Shown: in pieces, positions 1-11,220 of the stretch
Position numbering within the stretch: the first letter of the stretch is position 1
Layout: each line of letters starts with the position of its first letter
From: Octopus bimaculoides
Lineage: Eukaryota
DNA: 64,000 bases
Direction of reading: 5' to 3'
NCBI RefSeq assembly: GCF_001194135.2
Contig: NC_068984.1
Span: forward strand, 56,803,522-56,867,521
Translations under genes and position numbers: made by a program
Notes under the pieces: model-generated
Told to the model about the DNA's origin: nothing
Seen by the model: the letters and a program-made list of their open reading frames with translations, nothing else
Database searches by the model: none

Positions 1-69
<69 letters not shown>
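1..69. repeat. (GT)n microsatellite, truncated by window start
   Basis: Pure GT dinucleotide run. Confidence 0.99.
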
Positions 70-72
<3 letters not shown>

Positions 73-480
73 TCTGGCACTCCTTTGGTAATCAAACTCA
101 TGCCAGATATCCTAACTACTAAGCCATGTGCCTTCACTACACACACACACACACAGATAGATATGGAACACCTCGAGAAGTTTTGCGAAGTGGAACAAGA
201 CTGGTTTTGGGCCCCATCAAATATTCATTGGTCCTTATTTGGCTCATACCAACATACCAATTGAACCTGCCTCTTAAAGACACTGAATACAAATAAAAAC
301 CCCTAACTAGGGTGTAAGATCTGTAGTTTTTTCTTAGTTCTTTATAGATGTTCATCATTTTGCCAGTTTTGATGAGACATTCACTACCACTGGGTAGCTG
401 ATCTCAATAGTAGTGCATGATTTATCTACCTGGCTCATCAAATAGTATCAGGCCTGTTGTGTTTGTACAGAGATGCAGTG

Positions 481-853
481 TTTTACTTGTTTCAGTCATT
501 TGATTGTGGCCATACTGGGGCATTGCCTTGAAAGGTTTTACTCAGTTGACAAGCAGTAATTGAATAAAACCCCAGGATTTATTCTTCTCAGTGTAATACT
601 TATCCTATTGGTTCCTTTTGCTGAAGTCACAAGGATGTAAACACACCAATACTGATTGTCAAGCATTGGTTACACATACACACACACAGTCATGATGAGC
701 TTCTTTCAGTTTCCATCTACCAAATCCGATCACAAGACTTTAGTCAGCCCAAGGCTATAGTAGCAGACACTTACCCAAGGTACCACATAGTGTGACTGAA
801 CCTAGAACCATGCGGTCTGGAAGCAAGCTTCTTATCACAGCAACACCTGCACC
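481..853 (-). mobile_element. tRNA-headed SINE family A, degenerate full-length copy
   Basis: Reverse complement matches the family A layout at 40115-40549 (ttttacttgtttcagtcatt tail, tttcagtttcc-tctaccaaatc core, gacacttacccaagg head segment). Confidence 0.85.
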
Positions 854-880
854 TATTTTTATTGGAGTATTCCTCCAATA

Positions 881-1146
881 TACAGTGGAGGCACGTGGCT
901 TAGTGGTTAGGACGTCAGCATCATGATTGTAAGCTTGTGATTTCGATTCCTGGACCGGGCGACACGTTGTGTTCTTGAGCAAAACACTTCATTTCACGTT
1001 GCTCCAGTCCACTCAGCTGGCAAAAATGAGTAACACTGCGATGGACTGGCATCCAGTTCAGCTCAGGAATACATATGCCATTGAAACCGAGAAACTGGGC
1101 CCATGAGCCTGGCTAGGCTTTAAAAGGGCGCATTTATTTATTTATT
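881..1146 (+). mobile_element. tRNA-headed SINE with V-domain-like core and (TTTA)n tail
   Basis: Head gtggaggcacgtggcttagtggttagg...ttcgattcc; core gtgttcttgagcaaaacactt...ctgcgatggactggc resembles V-SINE cores; 13-bp TSD TATTCCTCCAATA at 868-880 and 1147-1159. Confidence 0.85.
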
Positions 1147-1173
1147 TATTCCTCCAATACTCCTCATTTTTAG

Positions 1174-1278
1174 AGGTGCGGATGCATTATGGCCATTGGT
1201 ATGGTCATTGGGACATTCCTTCTTGTGGATAGCATCTATCCAGCACAATCCTGGTCTGGTGTCAACACTAAAGTCTAG
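1174..1278 (+). CDS. Candidate terminal exon, unidentified (RCGCIMAIGMVIGTFLLVDSIYPAQSWSGVNTKV*)
   Basis: Pyrimidine-rich acceptor ctcctcatttttag, unique balanced-composition sequence, AATAAA at 1282-1287. A second plus frame and a minus frame are also open, and no homology was recognised. Confidence 0.15.
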   Translation, partial: RCGCIMAIGMVIGTFLLVDSIYPAQSWSGVNTKV

Positions 1279-1901
1279 GCAAATAAAAGATACGAAAAGC
1301 AGTACCGCTATAAACATAGCTTCTGAGACCAATAACAACAAAAAAGTTGTATTAATATATCATACATAAAAATACAACTTAAAGTAAAAGGAAATCTTTA
1401 TGATTTATTGCAATTTGATTTTTCCTATTTTATTCACTTCATTTCCATTGTCAAATATTGTATCTCTTGCTCTTCTCAATTTTGTTTTATTATGATATGA
1501 TATTCAATACCAAACAATTATTTTTGACAAGCAGTATTGTCAGAAAGAAAGAAAGAAAGAAAGAATTTTCTTAATAGTGAATAATAAATATGAAAATAAA
1601 AACATGATAAAATATATATGAAAGAAATACTAAATAAAATAGTTCTGCATAAACAACTTTAGCTTGTAATTAAGTACTTTGGGTTTTAAAAACATCTCTG
1701 TCTTCCTCACATATTACTACACACACATATGCACATACATACAGACACACATAAAGAAGTCCCTTTCCTTCTAATATTTATTGATTTAGTTTTATTGGTT
1801 ATTTGGTATATTTTCCTACATCTATCTCTCCTTTTTTACCTTGAATTTTGATACTATATTTTATATATTAATTTTGATTACTTTTTTTTTTAGATAGGGA
1901 A

Positions 1902-1929
1902 ATATATATATATATTGGAATATATATTG

Positions 1930-1979
<50 letters not shown>
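1902..1979. repeat. (TA)n microsatellite with a duplicated TATATTGGAA interruption
   Basis: Direct reading. Confidence 0.97.
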
Positions 1980-1982
<3 letters not shown>

Positions 1983-1986
1983 TTCA

Positions 1987-2367
1987 GTTGGCACTCCGTC
2001 GCATACGACGTTGAGGGTTCCAGTTGATCCAATCAACGGAACAGCCTGCTTGTGAAATTAACGTGCAAGTGGCTGAGCACTCCACAGACATGTGTACCCT
2101 TAACGTAGTTCTCGGGGATATTCAGTGTGACACAGTGTGACAAGGCTGACCCTTTGAATTACAGGCACAACAGAAACAGGAAGTAAGAGTGAGAGAAAGT
2201 TGTGGTGGAAGAGTACAGCAGGGTTCGGCACCATCCCCTGCCAGAGCCTCGTGGAGCTTTGGGTGTTTTCGCTCAATAAACTCTCACAACGCCCGGTCTG
2301 GGAATTGAAACCGCGATCCTATGACTGCAAGTCCGCTACCATAACCACTAGGCCATTGTGCCTCTAC
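1987..2367 (-). mobile_element. Young tRNA-headed SINE family B, full length
   Basis: Near-identical along its length to the copies at 49303-49685 and 50533-50908; tRNA-like head gg-gc-caatggcc-agtggttag...gcggtttc-attccc. Confidence 0.95.
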
Positions 2368-2465
2368 AAACACACACACATATATATATATATACACATA
2401 TAAACACAAACATATATGTATGTATGTGTGCACATACACAAACACAACTCTGTGTGTGCGTGTAT

Positions 2466-2870
2466 ACAGTGCTGGCATAACTGTGTGGATAAGAAATTTG
2501 CTTCCAAACTGTGATTTGAGGTTCATCTTCACTGTGTAATACCTTGAACAAGTCTTTTATTATAGCCCTGAGTTGACCTAAGCTTTGTGAGTGAATATAA
2601 TTGGTGGAAACTGAATGAAGCCTTTTATATGTATATGTGTGTGAGTGTGTTTACATTTGTGTTCTATGATAGTTGTGATCTATAAGCAGTGTTGTCATTT
2701 CTCCTCTCAACTAATTGTTTGTTCACTTTGCTCCTTAAATATATGTGAAATCTGAGATACTTTACTTGAAAATAAGGTAAGGGTTTGAGACTGGAGGGGC
2801 ACCCAGATGTAAAACATTTCCTCAATAATATACATATTTAACCCATGTTAGTATAGAATACTGGGTATAT
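2466..2870 (+). mobile_element. Degenerate SINE family A', alternative tail
   Basis: Family A head and core (ctgtgtggataagaaatttgcttcc...ggaaactgaatgaagcc) followed by the body seen at 20885-21290. Confidence 0.65.
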
Positions 2871-3299
2871 AAACAAGGAAAAAAAAGAAAATTAAATATA
2901 TTCAATGCATTAAAGAAAGATTTGAAGTCGTTGAAAAAGAAAGGGGGAAACTTATTGCTAGAATTTGAACCAGTGGAAAACAATTGTATGAACTTATCCT
3001 AAAAAAATAGATGCTATTCTAAGTAAAAGTGAAGACAAAGTACAATTACTGTATATCAAATATTAAAATTTTATATTGTGTCTATTGTTTTGTATGTTGC
3101 TTTACCCCGATCATTTTATTGGAGCTTTGGTCAGAGTTTTCATTAATGTTCTCTTTTTCATGAAGCAGATTGCTAATGTATTGTCAGCTTGCTAGCTATC
3201 TGAAGTATTTTTTATTTATTTATTTATTCATTATTTCTTCTCTTCATCGTAATATTCATTATTTTCTTCTTTTACTCCTTCCTGTATATTGTACTTCAG

Positions 3300-3377
3300 G
3301 CATGGAGATATGCTATGTTCATACTGCAGCATAGAATCAATAATGTGGAAACTTGTAGATGTGAAGATCAGCTATAA
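3300..3377 (+). CDS. Candidate terminal exon, unidentified (AWRYAMFILQHRINNVETCRCEDQL*)
   Basis: Strong acceptor ttttcttcttttactccttcctgtatattgtacttcag, followed by about 1.5 kb of T-rich, SINE-free, 3'UTR-like sequence. No homology recognised. Confidence 0.2.
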   Translation, partial: AWRYAMFILQHRINNVETCRCEDQL

Positions 3378-5507
3378 ATACATACATACTTGCGGACTTA
3401 CTGCAAATGAGGGGAGGGGGGAACAAAGCTATTATTTGTGTGTATTTATATATGATTTTTCTGTTTTTGTGTTTGTGTGTGTTATTCACTAGTGTGTGTA
3501 TATACATTTAAAACATATTCCATGAAGCAAATGGAGAAAGGCCCCTTTTAATTGTTGGTAACTTTTCTAATGTTGCATGAGGAACAGCAGTAAATATTTT
3601 ATAACATTCACTGATCTATTGAAATTTGTTAGACTTTATATTCCTTTTCTGTATTTTATATTGTCCATTTACTTTCACCACCATCATCATCACTACTTAC
3701 AAATGTTTTATCGATGCATTTATATCCTTACAGTAGTTAGAAAGCCTCTGTTGTAAGGGAAAACAAAAGGATAGTACAGTTATTATATACAACTTGTAGT
3801 ATATTACTGGTATTTATTTTATCATATCTTCTTCCTCTGCACTGCTTGAATTGGATTGAAGAAGAGTGACTTATTAAATTTATTACTATGAAACATCTAG
3901 CTTGGCTTGCTACACTATCTTCATAAAATCTATTGTTCACATTCTCAGTGTTCATATAACATCTTTGCTTTGTTGTGATTCAGCTATCTGTTAAAAGTTT
4001 TCTTCATTGACAGCAACAACAAAATTAGTAGTATGTTATATATAGTTACTATAATAATTCATCTGTGATATCACAGATATCAGATGATATTTACTAGGAG
4101 GATCATCACAAGAAAAATAAATACAAGCACAATTCTATATTGTAATTGGTAACTAGAGTTCTGTTTTTGTGTAGGAGTGAATTGTCTAATTCATGTATCA
4201 TATAAAACTGTCTATTACACTCAGTGAGTTTTGTGATACTTGATGACAATGTAATCATCATCGTTATTATTTAATGTATATATCATGCCGGTGTGGTTTG
4301 GTGATATTTTTTACATATATTAGCAGGGGGTTCAACTTAGCCATCCACAATAGTAGTTCTGATAACTAACTATGTATCATTTTAAAATATTGATGTTTCT
4401 AAGAATCACAATATCTTAAGAAGCCAATGTGTCTTTCCATATTTAATACTGTTAAGTGTTAATGAGTTGATTATTCTCATTAATCATGTTTCAGTCAATT
4501 CTTGATAATGTGTCCAAAATACAGAGATAATTAATTATATTCCTTTAGATTCTGAGTGCAAAGACTTTCAGAATTGACTTTGCTTTTCATTCCTTCAGAG
4601 TTGATAAAACAAACACTAGTAAATATACTTAGCCAACTTAATAGATTGTGCTAAAAATTTGATCTTGTATTTAGAGATCAGTTAGATCATATGGTAGAAT
4701 GTTGAATTAAGTTTCTGACTTGAATGTTTCAATTGATTTTTCAATATAATCAAGATTTAGAGTAACTTCAAATAGTTGCATGGTTATATATATATTGTGT
4801 TGGAATTATTTACTGTTTAGAATCACCTGTCAGCATTCATTTTATAATGGGATTTTAATAGAGATCTTAATTTAAATATGAACACATTATGAAAAATACA
4901 AAAAGTCTTAGGTAGCTGGTAATAAAATGGTTTAGGTATTACTTCCCATGTCATCATAGGTGAGGTTGTATATTTGCATCTTTGTAAGCTGTTTGGTTTT
5001 CTTTCTGTTAATAACACAGCTATGAAGTAAAAGTGGAATCTGGATTTTTTTTTTTTTAGTTATTTAGCATCTAAGTCAGTCTTAATTGAACAGACCTATG
5101 ATCAAAGCCACTCCAGCCATGACCATCCACTTTTTTTTCGTATGTGCAAGGACAACACTCAATGTCCTTTTAGATTTGAAGACAATTTGGCTGCTATTTC
5201 TAAGAGGTCAAGCAACCATATAGAAGCTCCTTATTTGTCTTATGAAACCTTGAGTAAATCAGAGACAGAGTTGTACATAGCTTGTAGTAAGGTTTGGACT
5301 CAGTATATATAGCAGCCAAACATGTTAAGGTCCCTGATTATATCACTTGGACAGTTTATCGGGTATTTCTCATAAAAATGTTCAGAAAAAAAAAAAAAAA
5401 AAAAAAATTGAATTACTTTCATTTTCTTAAGGTTACAGAGCTTCAATTGAGTCAAAGAACAAGATATGTAATTGTGATTTATAAAAGCTACTGTGCTATA
5501 GGTTTAA

Positions 5508-5858
5508 TTTTTTAGTTACTATTTCTGCTGAAATACACTGTCTTTGTTGCTATTAATTTTGAAAATAATGAAAAATTTAATAAAATAATCTGTTGTGTCT
5601 GGAGAGAGCCATTTTCTTATTGTGCCTTGAAATTTAACACACTCACCGTTAAAATTTCCACTTATTTCTTATTTTTATTTTCCTAAAGTTTTCGTTGTGT
5701 CTTGCAACCTTATCAATAGTCTTGACTATAACTTAATTAGATTGGTATTTGAATGATACATGAAATTCTGATGGAAGGTTTTAATTTAGATCACTTGAAA
5801 ACAGAGAGTTTGTATCATAAAATCAGGGACACGCTTCAGCAGTTTGGTTTCAAAAGGG
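5508..5858 (-). mobile_element. piggyBac-like non-autonomous element (MITE)
   Basis: TTAA at 5504-5507 and 5859-5862; right end caaaaggg|TTAA (reverse complement TTAA|CCCTTTTG); left terminus degenerate. Confidence 0.7.
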
Positions 5859-6984
5859 TTAAAGTGGATAAGACTGCACATATAAAGTGGTTTACCACAG
5901 ACTTTAAAACCATATATACTGAACACTGTGATTATGTAAACTTGAATAATGTTTCATGAAATAATGTCAGTATGATGGTTTCTCTAGTTAATGTCAAGTC
6001 CTTTTCTGCAGGCACAGGAAAAGGGAATTACATAGACCGAGTATAGAAATTTATTAGTTTTACACTAGTATAGAAATTTATTATTTTATCACACTGCTAA
6101 TAGTGACTGTGCTCATGAGTTCATACCTTGTTTAAAACCTTGCATTGTACCCTTTAGTTTAGAAAGACTCATTTAATTCCATATGTGAATGAATCTTAAT
6201 AGGAAAAATAAGTCTTACAGATTACCATCTCACTCCAGTGAGTGATAATAGTAAGGGAATCAAACTGTGAATGTATAATTTACAAATATATAAAAATTTA
6301 CAAAACTAGCCAACCCATCTAATCTAAGCAAAAGTAAACAAAACTGAAGATAATCTCTAAGTTTCTGATTAATTTGTTTAATACAGAACATAACCTTTCT
6401 TGTGTTTATTTCTTAAGTAATTCTTAGGGATGTCTTGGATAATTCAAATCGGTTATTTCTGAAGTCCTCCTTGAAACAGTGTTCAAACATACACATTCAC
6501 ATGTACACAGTCAGGTGATGGTAGTAATTCATAAGAAAGCAAGAAAGCAAATGTGTTACAGTGTAAGGACACATGGTGCTAATTGTCCTCTTGCTACATG
6601 GCTAGATGTCATGGCTCATCTTTTGACATGAATGGTGTGTTTGTGTGTAGATAGTGTATATGCTTGCATAGTCTCTCTCTCTCTCCCCTTCTTTCTTCTT
6701 GTCTCCCCCTTCTCTATATATAAAAGTAAAGTAAAACTTACAATGTAGTTATACAACACACACACACACACACACACACATGCACACACAAGACTAAGGA
6801 ATAGAAAGTGTCTATTGATATGAAACTTGTATGCATTGTGTGTATATGTAGAAGGAGGGAGGGAGGGAGGGAAATTGTGTGTCTCTAAAGCACGCAGATG
6901 CATGGAATATTCATAAAATAACTTACACTAATCTACACTGTCAATGTGTCTCCTTATGAAACATATTTGTACATTCACTCTCTA

Positions 6985-7635
6985 CTCTCCCACACACTTT
7001 CACTTTTGTTCTCAGAAGATACATCATAATCCTACTCTGTCTCTGACAGTCCATCTGCTTCACAGGCATTATCTTTATATTTTTTCTGCCCCACCTCTTC
7101 CCTCATATACTGTCTCTCTTTCACTTTATCTCTCTGTGTGTTCAACTTTCTCTCTGCTAATATATCTATCTTTATTTCTTTCTCTTCTCATCTGTCTTTA
7201 CTTCTAGCATGAGATCAAGGCCCTTCCCCTCTCAAAAGTTTTTTTGCTGCTCTGTCAATACTTGGCTATTTTCATTTTTCTCACTCCCACCATCATATTG
7301 TTGCCTTTTTTTCTCATTCACATTTTTCTATCCCATTTCTCCCCCCCGCCTCTCTCTCTTATTTCTCTTCACTATTTATCATTCAGATATACACTGTTCT
7401 ATCTACCAGTGTATCTGAACTTGCTCCATCTCCATCACATTTGTCCATGTGTTTGCATGCTTGTCTATCTGCAGCTCTGTTTCATCTTACTCTCCACCTC
7501 TTTCTCTTTTTCTCTCATTCTCCAGCTCTCATCATCTTATCCATGTATTCTTTCATGTATATTACCTATTCAGTTTTCTCCTGGTTTTCATCCTCTCTTT
7601 CATACATACCTTGTGTTCGTTTTCTTCTCACACTC
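6985..7635. repeat. About 650-bp pyrimidine-rich (CT-rich) low-complexity tract
   Basis: Plus strand almost devoid of G; it produces the overlapping Leu/Phe/Ser-rich ORFs at 6944-7719. Confidence 0.9.
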
Positions 7636-7729
7636 ACACACACACACACACACTTTTTTTTCAGTATTATTCATGTAAAAACAAACTTCTGTCATGAGTG
7701 TTACATTGCATTTCAATAAAATTGAACTG

Positions 7730-7985
7730 TTTCGCTTAAGTCCATGACAATGGTTTTTGCATCAGGCAACTAGGTTGCACTGACAGTAATCATATCGGCC
7801 GAAATCAGCAATTCGTGCACGACAACAGTTCAGCGTATATTTACGTCAACTGCTTCAAAGCATGCCCTGTTTGTTTATGTAAACTGTCATCACTGCAAGT
7901 ACCATAAATTCAACGAAACTTGTGTAGCTAGATGCGACTGTAAATCCCATGAAGGACCAGAAGAATTTGTTGAACACGTACGAAT
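7730..7985. promoter_or_regulatory. CpG-retaining unique segment, candidate promoter
   Basis: About a dozen CpGs in about 250 bp of non-repeat DNA against a CpG-poor background; CRE-like TTACGTCA at 7841-7848; outward-facing donor-like sites at 7604-7609 (minus, AAG|gtatgt) and 8151-8156 (plus, gtgagt). Confidence 0.4.
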
Positions 7986-8160
7986 TTGATAGGAAGTCAT
8001 AGTGGAAATGGTGGTGTAACTGCCAAGACTGCTGCTTTTATACTATTATGGTGATGAAGTCTTGAACTGAGTTGGAAATATTTACATGGAGAGTCTAACA
8101 AACCTATGAGATTCCTTGAAATTTGCATGGTGGCCCCTATTATTGATTCTGTGAGTGATA

Positions 8161-8488
8161 CTCTTTTACTCTTTTACTTGTTTCAGTCATTTGACTGCGG
8201 CCATGCTGAAGCACCACCTTTTAGTCGAGCAAATCGACCCCAGGACTTATTTTTTGGAAGCCTAGTACTTATTCTATCAGTCTCTTTTGCTGAACCGCTA
8301 AGTTACGGGGATATAAACACACCACCATCGGTTGTCAAGCAATGTTGGGAGGACAAACACAGACACACAAACACATACATATATATACATATATACAACG
8401 GGCTTCTTTCAGTTTCCGTCTACCAAATCCACTCACAAGGCTTTGGTCGGCCCGAGGCTATAGTAGAAGACACTTGCCCAAGGTGCCA
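8161..8488 (-). mobile_element. SINE family A, 5'-truncated young copy
   Basis: High similarity to 33246-33612 and 40115-40549; internal CA/TA microsatellite at about 8360-8396. Confidence 0.95.
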
Positions 8489-8554
8489 GCGGATATTTAT
8501 ACCAACTGGTACACAAACAGGTACAAAATCGCAGCAGAATTCAATTGCTGCTGA

Positions 8555-8915
8555 GGCTGACTTTGTATTTATCTTTCTGGAGTTGATAAAATAAGTACCT
8601 GTTGAGCACTGCTGGGGTCGATGTAATCAACAAACTCTCTCCCACATAATTTCAGGCCTTGTGCATAGAGTACAAAGGATTATTATCATAATTAATCAAA
8701 ATTTAAGGCAGCAAGCTGACAGAATCGTTGGCATACTGGACAAAATGCTTAGTGGTATTTCATCTGTCGCTACATTTTGAGTTCAAGTTCCGCCAAGGTT
8801 GACTTTGCCCCTCATCCTTTTGGGGTCAATTAATTAGGTACCAATGAAATACTGGGGTTGATGTAATCGACTAGTCATTTCAGGCCTGGTGCCTTTAGCA
8901 GAAAGGATTATTATT
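8555..8915 (+). mobile_element. Two tandem SINE family C copies with (ATT)n tails
   Basis: Repeated ...aagtacc...ctgggg(tc/tt)gatgtaatc...ttcaggcct-gtgc...aaaggattatta modules. Confidence 0.85.
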
Positions 8916-9239
8916 AATCAAAATCTTCAACTAGTCATTCTAACACTGCCAAATACCCCAAATTACAAAACTACATAGAATAACCTATCTAAAAACTTGA
9001 TATACACCCAACTAAAACATTGTCAAAATAACCCAGCCTCCTATTCTGATATACACCTTAAAAATAAACCTTACGATTCATCTTAACTGCAACAACCTGT
9101 ACATATCACTCTACAACTCACATAGATTCAATGCAGAACACACAATCATCATGCTTACTCATAAAGCTCACACTATAAATGTCAGTTTCAACAACTCCCC
9201 TCCCTACAAACTACTATTTACATCAGTAAAAATTTTGAC

Positions 9240-9640
9240 ACCATTCCTTGCTTTCTACTCATAAACAAAATATTAAACTTCGTTTTCAGAAGCAGCACAA
9301 AAAAATCCTGACTGGTAAATTATTCTTAGATGTCAAATCAACATAAGTTATATTGAAAACATACTAAGAGTTTGTAATGTCCTAAACAGTATATCAAGGT
9401 CTTGTCTTCTATTCCTCTACTTTTGATTCATACCTATACAACCTGTCTACACCTCTACAAAATAATTGCAGACTTTTATGCCGATAACATCACAGTTATA
9501 ACTTTTCACGGACTCCTGAAGCAGCTGCACAACTTCTCCAAAAATTTACATGAGCCATCTAGAAACCTGGTGTCAAAGAAACTGGCTAAAAGCAACACCA
9601 ATGAAGTCTATCACCTCCCTTGTTCTTAGAACACCAAATA
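9240..9640 (+). pseudogene. Decayed non-LTR retrotransposon reverse transcriptase fragment (Jockey/I/L2-like)
   Basis: RT motifs in the correct order across frameshifts: TGKLFLDVKS at 9311, QG-V..PLL at 9395, FYADN (YADD-like) at about 9474-9488, LETWCQRNWLKATPMKS at about 9560-9610. The A/C-rich strand bias extends over 8945-9660. Confidence 0.75.
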
Positions 9641-9690
9641 CAATCATCTACCACACTCAACAACATAAATATACAACAAATGCATGAGAC

Positions 9691-9926
9691 CAGTGGTTCT
9701 CAACTGGGGTTCATAGAAGATTTTGTTGTTAAAATTTATCTGCTATAAATTGGTTATACTTCTACAATACACAAAATTCTTTTACAGTTATTTTTTTATT
9801 CCGTTCCGAATAATATTTAATTATAAAAATATATTATGATTTATTAAACATAAAATGGCTATGGGGGTACATCCAAGTAAAATAGGAATCAAAGTGGTCT
9901 ATAGATAAAAATAGTTGAGAAACATG
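9691..9926 (+). mobile_element. hAT-type MITE
   Basis: Terminal CAGTGGTTCTCAAC and GTTGAGAAACA, typical of hAT/Charlie TIRs; TSD not clean. Confidence 0.7.
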
Positions 9927-10307
9927 ACAGACAAAAACACTAGGAGCTATATGCAACATATCTGAAGCATTGACACCATAAATAGAAAACAGGAGACATT
10001 AAAGAATGCAAGACAATGATAAAGGCACATAGACATAGTATTTGGCCAACACACACACACACACAAAAAAGGCAACTCTAAAATATAAACAGTATGGAGA
10101 ATCGTCATGGATTATGTCAATCTGGCTTAGTCTCTCAACACTGCCAAAAGATATCACAAGAGACTGCAAACATTGCAAAAAAGCATGCATGGCATTATTA
10201 CAGGCTGCATACAGACCACCCACAAATTATGCAAACTGTCACCTTGCATCCTGTATTCAAATACTTGAAGCATAATATATCTGGTTCTGATCTATGAAAG
10301 TACATGT

Positions 10308-10312
<5 letters not shown>

Positions 10313-10360
<48 letters not shown>
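10313..10360. repeat. (CA)n microsatellite
   Basis: Direct reading. Confidence 0.98.
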
Positions 10361-10364
<4 letters not shown>

Positions 10365-10849
10365 TAAATGCATGTAGCTTTATGATCATAAGACATAAAG
10401 AAATATAGTAGACATATATCCAGTTGACCTCAGTATAGAACAGAGATCACATTTGAGATGTAAATCTTGATTTGCTGTCATTCATTTATCATATTATGTT
10501 TGCGTTTTGGGAAAGTAATTTGTAAGTAGTGTTTGTTTTTCCCTGGAAATTTACCAAAATTACAAAAATTGTGCTCCTTACGTTTTTTTTAGAAAAATTG
10601 TATTGGATTATGTTAATCATAATGATGATAAAAATGCTTCACAACTATGCACCAATCTTAGTCTAAAATAGTCAGGAAATGGATATTGAAACATCAAGTT
10701 TTGTAAGAAAATTGTATTTCTTCAGGAGTGATGGCAATTAGGGGTCAGTTTGCTTATTCATAACATAACAATTGATTTCTTTTTATTTGCCATAACATTA
10801 CATATTTTCGACTATTGTATTGACCCACTATATATATGCTGCATCTTAT

Positions 10850-11220
10850 TTTGTTGTTGTTTAGCCTGATATTAGTTTCAGATTAAACAACAATACAAGT
10901 TGTGACTAGACATCATTTTTCAGGTATTGTGTATCTAGGTCTGCTTTATTAAATGTACCCTAGCCTCTAGACAATACTGTTTATGATCATAGATTTTTCC
11001 AGCTCCAACAGGCTTTTATTCTTTTCTGGCATTATGTGTCTTAAGATATTCAAAATTGTTGTTTAACCTCAAGTCAGCTCTAGTCCACATTCTAGCTGTG
11101 ATTATCTTTTTGTATACTAGGGTCTACATTACCTAATATGCCTTTTCTCTTTTTAAGATGGTAAGGTGTGATTTGAGAGTTTAGGAATGACCACATAGAG
11201 GCTCTGTTGGTTCAAGAGTG
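10850..11220 (-). mobile_element. Degenerate copies of repeat family D (tail ...ctggggctaaacaacaac on the minus strand)
   Basis: Motifs ttgttgtttagcc..., tttaagatggtaaggtgtgatttgag and gaccacatagaggctc recur at about 5055-5240, 24040-24200, 38700-38910, 50920-51070, 56395-56660, 60710-60890, 62550-62740 and 63090-63290. Boundaries approximate. Confidence 0.7.

Noticed and set aside
1-264. Microsatellite-derived ORFs (CV, HT, YI and SL dipeptide repeats) here and throughout the window
   Set aside because: Simple repeats lack stop codons; there is no coding signal.
885-960. tRNA-like sequences at SINE heads (also 2290-2367, 49610-49685, 50533-50605, 40115-40190)
   Set aside because: They have A/B-box similarity but continue into SINE bodies with TSDs, so they are not tRNA genes.
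4060-4086. 18-bp perfect palindrome ATCTGTGATATCACAGAT
   Set aside because: Real but isolated and short, with no context suggesting function.
5753-5959. Protein-looking ORF (MIHEILMEGFNLDHLKTESLYHKIRDTLQQFGFKRVK...) with a plausible 76-nt intron to a small exon at 6012
   Set aside because: Its first half lies inside the piggyBac-like MITE that ends at the TTAA at 5859-5862, so the frame is most likely fortuitous.
6944-7719. Cluster of overlapping hydrophobic ORFs up to 144 aa
   Set aside because: Product of the CT-rich low-complexity tract; all three frames are open because stop codons are rare there.
8106-8594. 162-aa ORF, the longest without Ns
   Set aside because: Reads through the antisense strand of a family A SINE and its microsatellite.
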